Below are positions 61,737 to 64,000 of a DNA stretch of 64,000 nt, one piece after another (the first letter of the stretch is position 1; each line of letters starts with the position of its first letter). The notes under the pieces are model-generated. The model was not told the origin of the DNA, ran no database searches, and saw only the letters and a list, made by a program, of their open reading frames with translations. The translations under genes were made by a program, and so were the position numbers. The DNA comes from Calcarisporiella thermophila CBS 279.70 (taxonomy: Eukaryota; Fungi; Calcarisporiellomycota), in NCBI RefSeq assembly GCF_041956535.1, contig NW_027192199.1, forward strand, positions 551,741-615,740. Direction: 5' to 3'.

Positions 61737-62345
61737 ATGTCACGACCTAAGCTCGCCGTACTTATCTCCGGATACGGTTCCAATCTCCAAGCACTCATAG
61801 ATGCCACCCGGACGGGGGATCTTCCGGCTGATATTGCCCTGGTGGTTTCCAATCGTACCAAAGCATATGGGCTTACGCGTGCTAAAGAGGCCGGCATTCC
61901 AACGCTTATCTTTCCACTGAAACCGTATCGCGATGCGGGCAAATCGCGATCCGAGTACGATGCCGATCTCGCCGATAAAATCGCCTCCCAGAATCCTGAT
62001 CTCATTGTGCTAGCTGGCTGGATGCATATTCTATCACCCGAGTTCCTAAGCCGCTTTCCCACTGGGAATGTAATCAATTTGCACCCGGCTTTACCCGGGC
62101 AATTTGACGGCGCCAACGCCATTGGACGCGCGTTCGAGGCATTTCAAAGGGGAGAGATCAAGGAGACGGGTGTGATGGTGCATCAAGTGATTGCGGAAGT
62201 GGATCAGGGCGAGCCTATTCTCGTGGAGAGTGTGCCAATATTAGAGAAGGATACGCTTGAATCGTTAGAAGAGCGGATTCATGCGGTAGAGCACAGACTT
62301 ATTGTGCAGGGTACAAAAAAATTCTTGGAGAGGGCAAATAGGTGA
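61737..62345 (+). CDS. ADE8: Phosphoribosylglycinamide formyltransferase
   Basis: VLISGYGSNLQALID, LIVLAGWMHILS, INLHPALPG, TGVMVHQVIAEVDQG, IHAVEH; intronless. Confidence 0.97.
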   Translation: MSRPKLAVLISGYGSNLQALIDATRTGDLPADIALVVSNRTKAYGLTRAKEAGIPTLIFPLKPYRDAGKSRSEYDADLADKIASQNPDLIVLAGWMHILSPEFLSRFPTGNVINLHPALPGQFDGANAIGRAFEAFQRGEIKETGVMVHQVIAEVDQGEPILVESVPILEKDTLESLEERIHAVEHRLIVQGTKKFLERANR

Positions 62346-64000
62346 TCCATTGTTTTTTCTTCCTGTGAGTTGATCACGCCCTGGTATATGTTTTTCCTTA
62401 CTTCTCTCGCCTCCTTTTCTTCCACTTCTTCTTTCACTCGTATTGTTTGTTTGTTTTTTTTTTGTTAATATGAGCGTTTTCTGCTTCAGCATCTCTTGGC
62501 TTATATGAACCTTAAACATTAAATCCAGGGATTACGCGATTTTTGCGATGTAACCCCAGTGCTTTGGAATTAAACGCAAGCTTAAAAAGTTCCACGCGAA
62601 AGGCTCCATCTATTACTCGTCCTCCTTAATGGTACAACCCTGAAATGCCTTTGGGGAGAGGGGGAGGAAAGGGGGGATTGCGTGGGAATATGTGAGTGTA
62701 CCGATATATTCGGCTCAACATTCTTCATTCATTCTATTGACAGAGACGGGGATCGAGGACGGCCGTCGAGTACCGAAAAAATCCGAATACAGTAAATAAT
62801 TCAGGAAACGTGGGATATTCAAAATATGCCAAATAGCGGCCCCAGCTGACATCATTGACAAATCTAAACAGAGAACGGCGATAATCATTCCCTTTTTATT
62901 TCTATTTACAGGAGTTTCCTGCACATTTATTCATATCGGCGTAGGTAATTCAAGCCAACTCTGGCTCCTCGCCGCCTATTCTCAATCAACTTGGAATTCC
63001 ATCCACTCCGCGGAGCTAATGGAAGTGTTCGAACTCTATCCCCCCCTCCTCCCCTCCCTCCCCTCCCTCCTCTCCTCGTCGCCCAAAGGTTTAATTTTTT
63101 CTATGGCCCAAAAGTTCACACCCATTTAGAGTTTTTTATTCGGTGTGAGACGGAAAGAGAGAATCTAATTTTCCATTGCACCTTTCAGAGGCGATGCGAG
63201 AATCTGGCATTGATTACACTATTCAAGCATCATCTGTGGGGATTGATTTCACTATCAAACACCGCATGAAGCAGGACCTAACTAATGTTATTATTAAGCT
63301 GGATTGGAAGGAGTTTTAGCACCACCAAATCTTAACGCTGCTTAGCTTCCACTTGCCTTTTGTTATCCAGCTCCTCGGACCTTGTGGTCACAAATAAAGA
63401 AGGAAAAGGAAACCCTGGCAATATACCTTGTTTTGCCGAGGAGACAAGATTCTATATGAGCACTCGAGCGCCAAATCGATACATCTGGATTGCATTGTCT
63501 CCTTGAAAACTGGCGTCCACGGCCAAAGTGAGGCCGCAAAGCTGGGGCCACTAAGCTCGAAATGCTTGGAGAGGTCGATGAGCCTCGCTTTGGCCCAAGC
63601 GTTTGGGCGTCTAAGGGGCATCGAAGAGTCCTCGCGACAGAGATGCTAGCATTCTTTCAGTAAAGTAGTCCCTGTCGAATGGTAGGGCTCTTCTTTCGCA
63701 TCCATTAATTATAAACCTAAAAGTCATGAGTTGCAATAAACGCTTTTCCAAATTGGAAAGCCGCAGCGGAAAGAGGAATGGCGAGAGGAGGAGGTGAGTA
63801 AGATCAAGGTTTATAACGCAAAACTTTGTGCTTTTTTTTTCCTCCAAGACTAGAGTCCGACCAACCCTGCCAGCCGTGGTGGTGGTTTGTCGCCTTATCT
63901 AAATTAAAGCGTAACCACTCCATCACGGGCGACATACGTCCCCACCCCAGCCCGCTGGCGTTATCCGCATGAAGGCTGTCGCCGCTAGCTAGCCGCAGGG

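Noticed and set aside
62346-64000. Short ORFs at the right end of the window
   Set aside because: No recognisable coding signal; probably promoter or UTR of a gene beyond the window.

Overview
Gene-dense, intron-rich eukaryotic DNA with short GT-AG introns. It is almost certainly from an early-diverging fungus, Mucoromycota-like by inference from gene content (PacC, kinesin-3, LRO1, NUF2, GH8, Hv1, INPP4-like). I can support about 24 protein-coding genes, one tRNA-Ser(AGA) and an RNase MRP RNA gene hidden under spurious ORFs at 731-1178. No transposon, CRISPR array or rRNA is visible. The most notable items are: (1) a PH/C2/INPP4-like gene whose CX5R catalytic motif is destroyed, a candidate pseudophosphatase; (2) a spliced, signal-peptide-less GH8b glycoside hydrolase largely missed by the ORF track, directly behind a secreted bacterial-type beta-propeller amidohydrolase and near a GIG1/DUF3605 gene, a possible chitosan/amino-sugar module; (3) an Hv1 proton channel; (4) a mitochondrial RbfA-like gene; (5) a GC-rich compositional domain at about 17-44 kb. 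Exon boundaries were worked out by hand and family assignments come from remembered motifs, not database searches.
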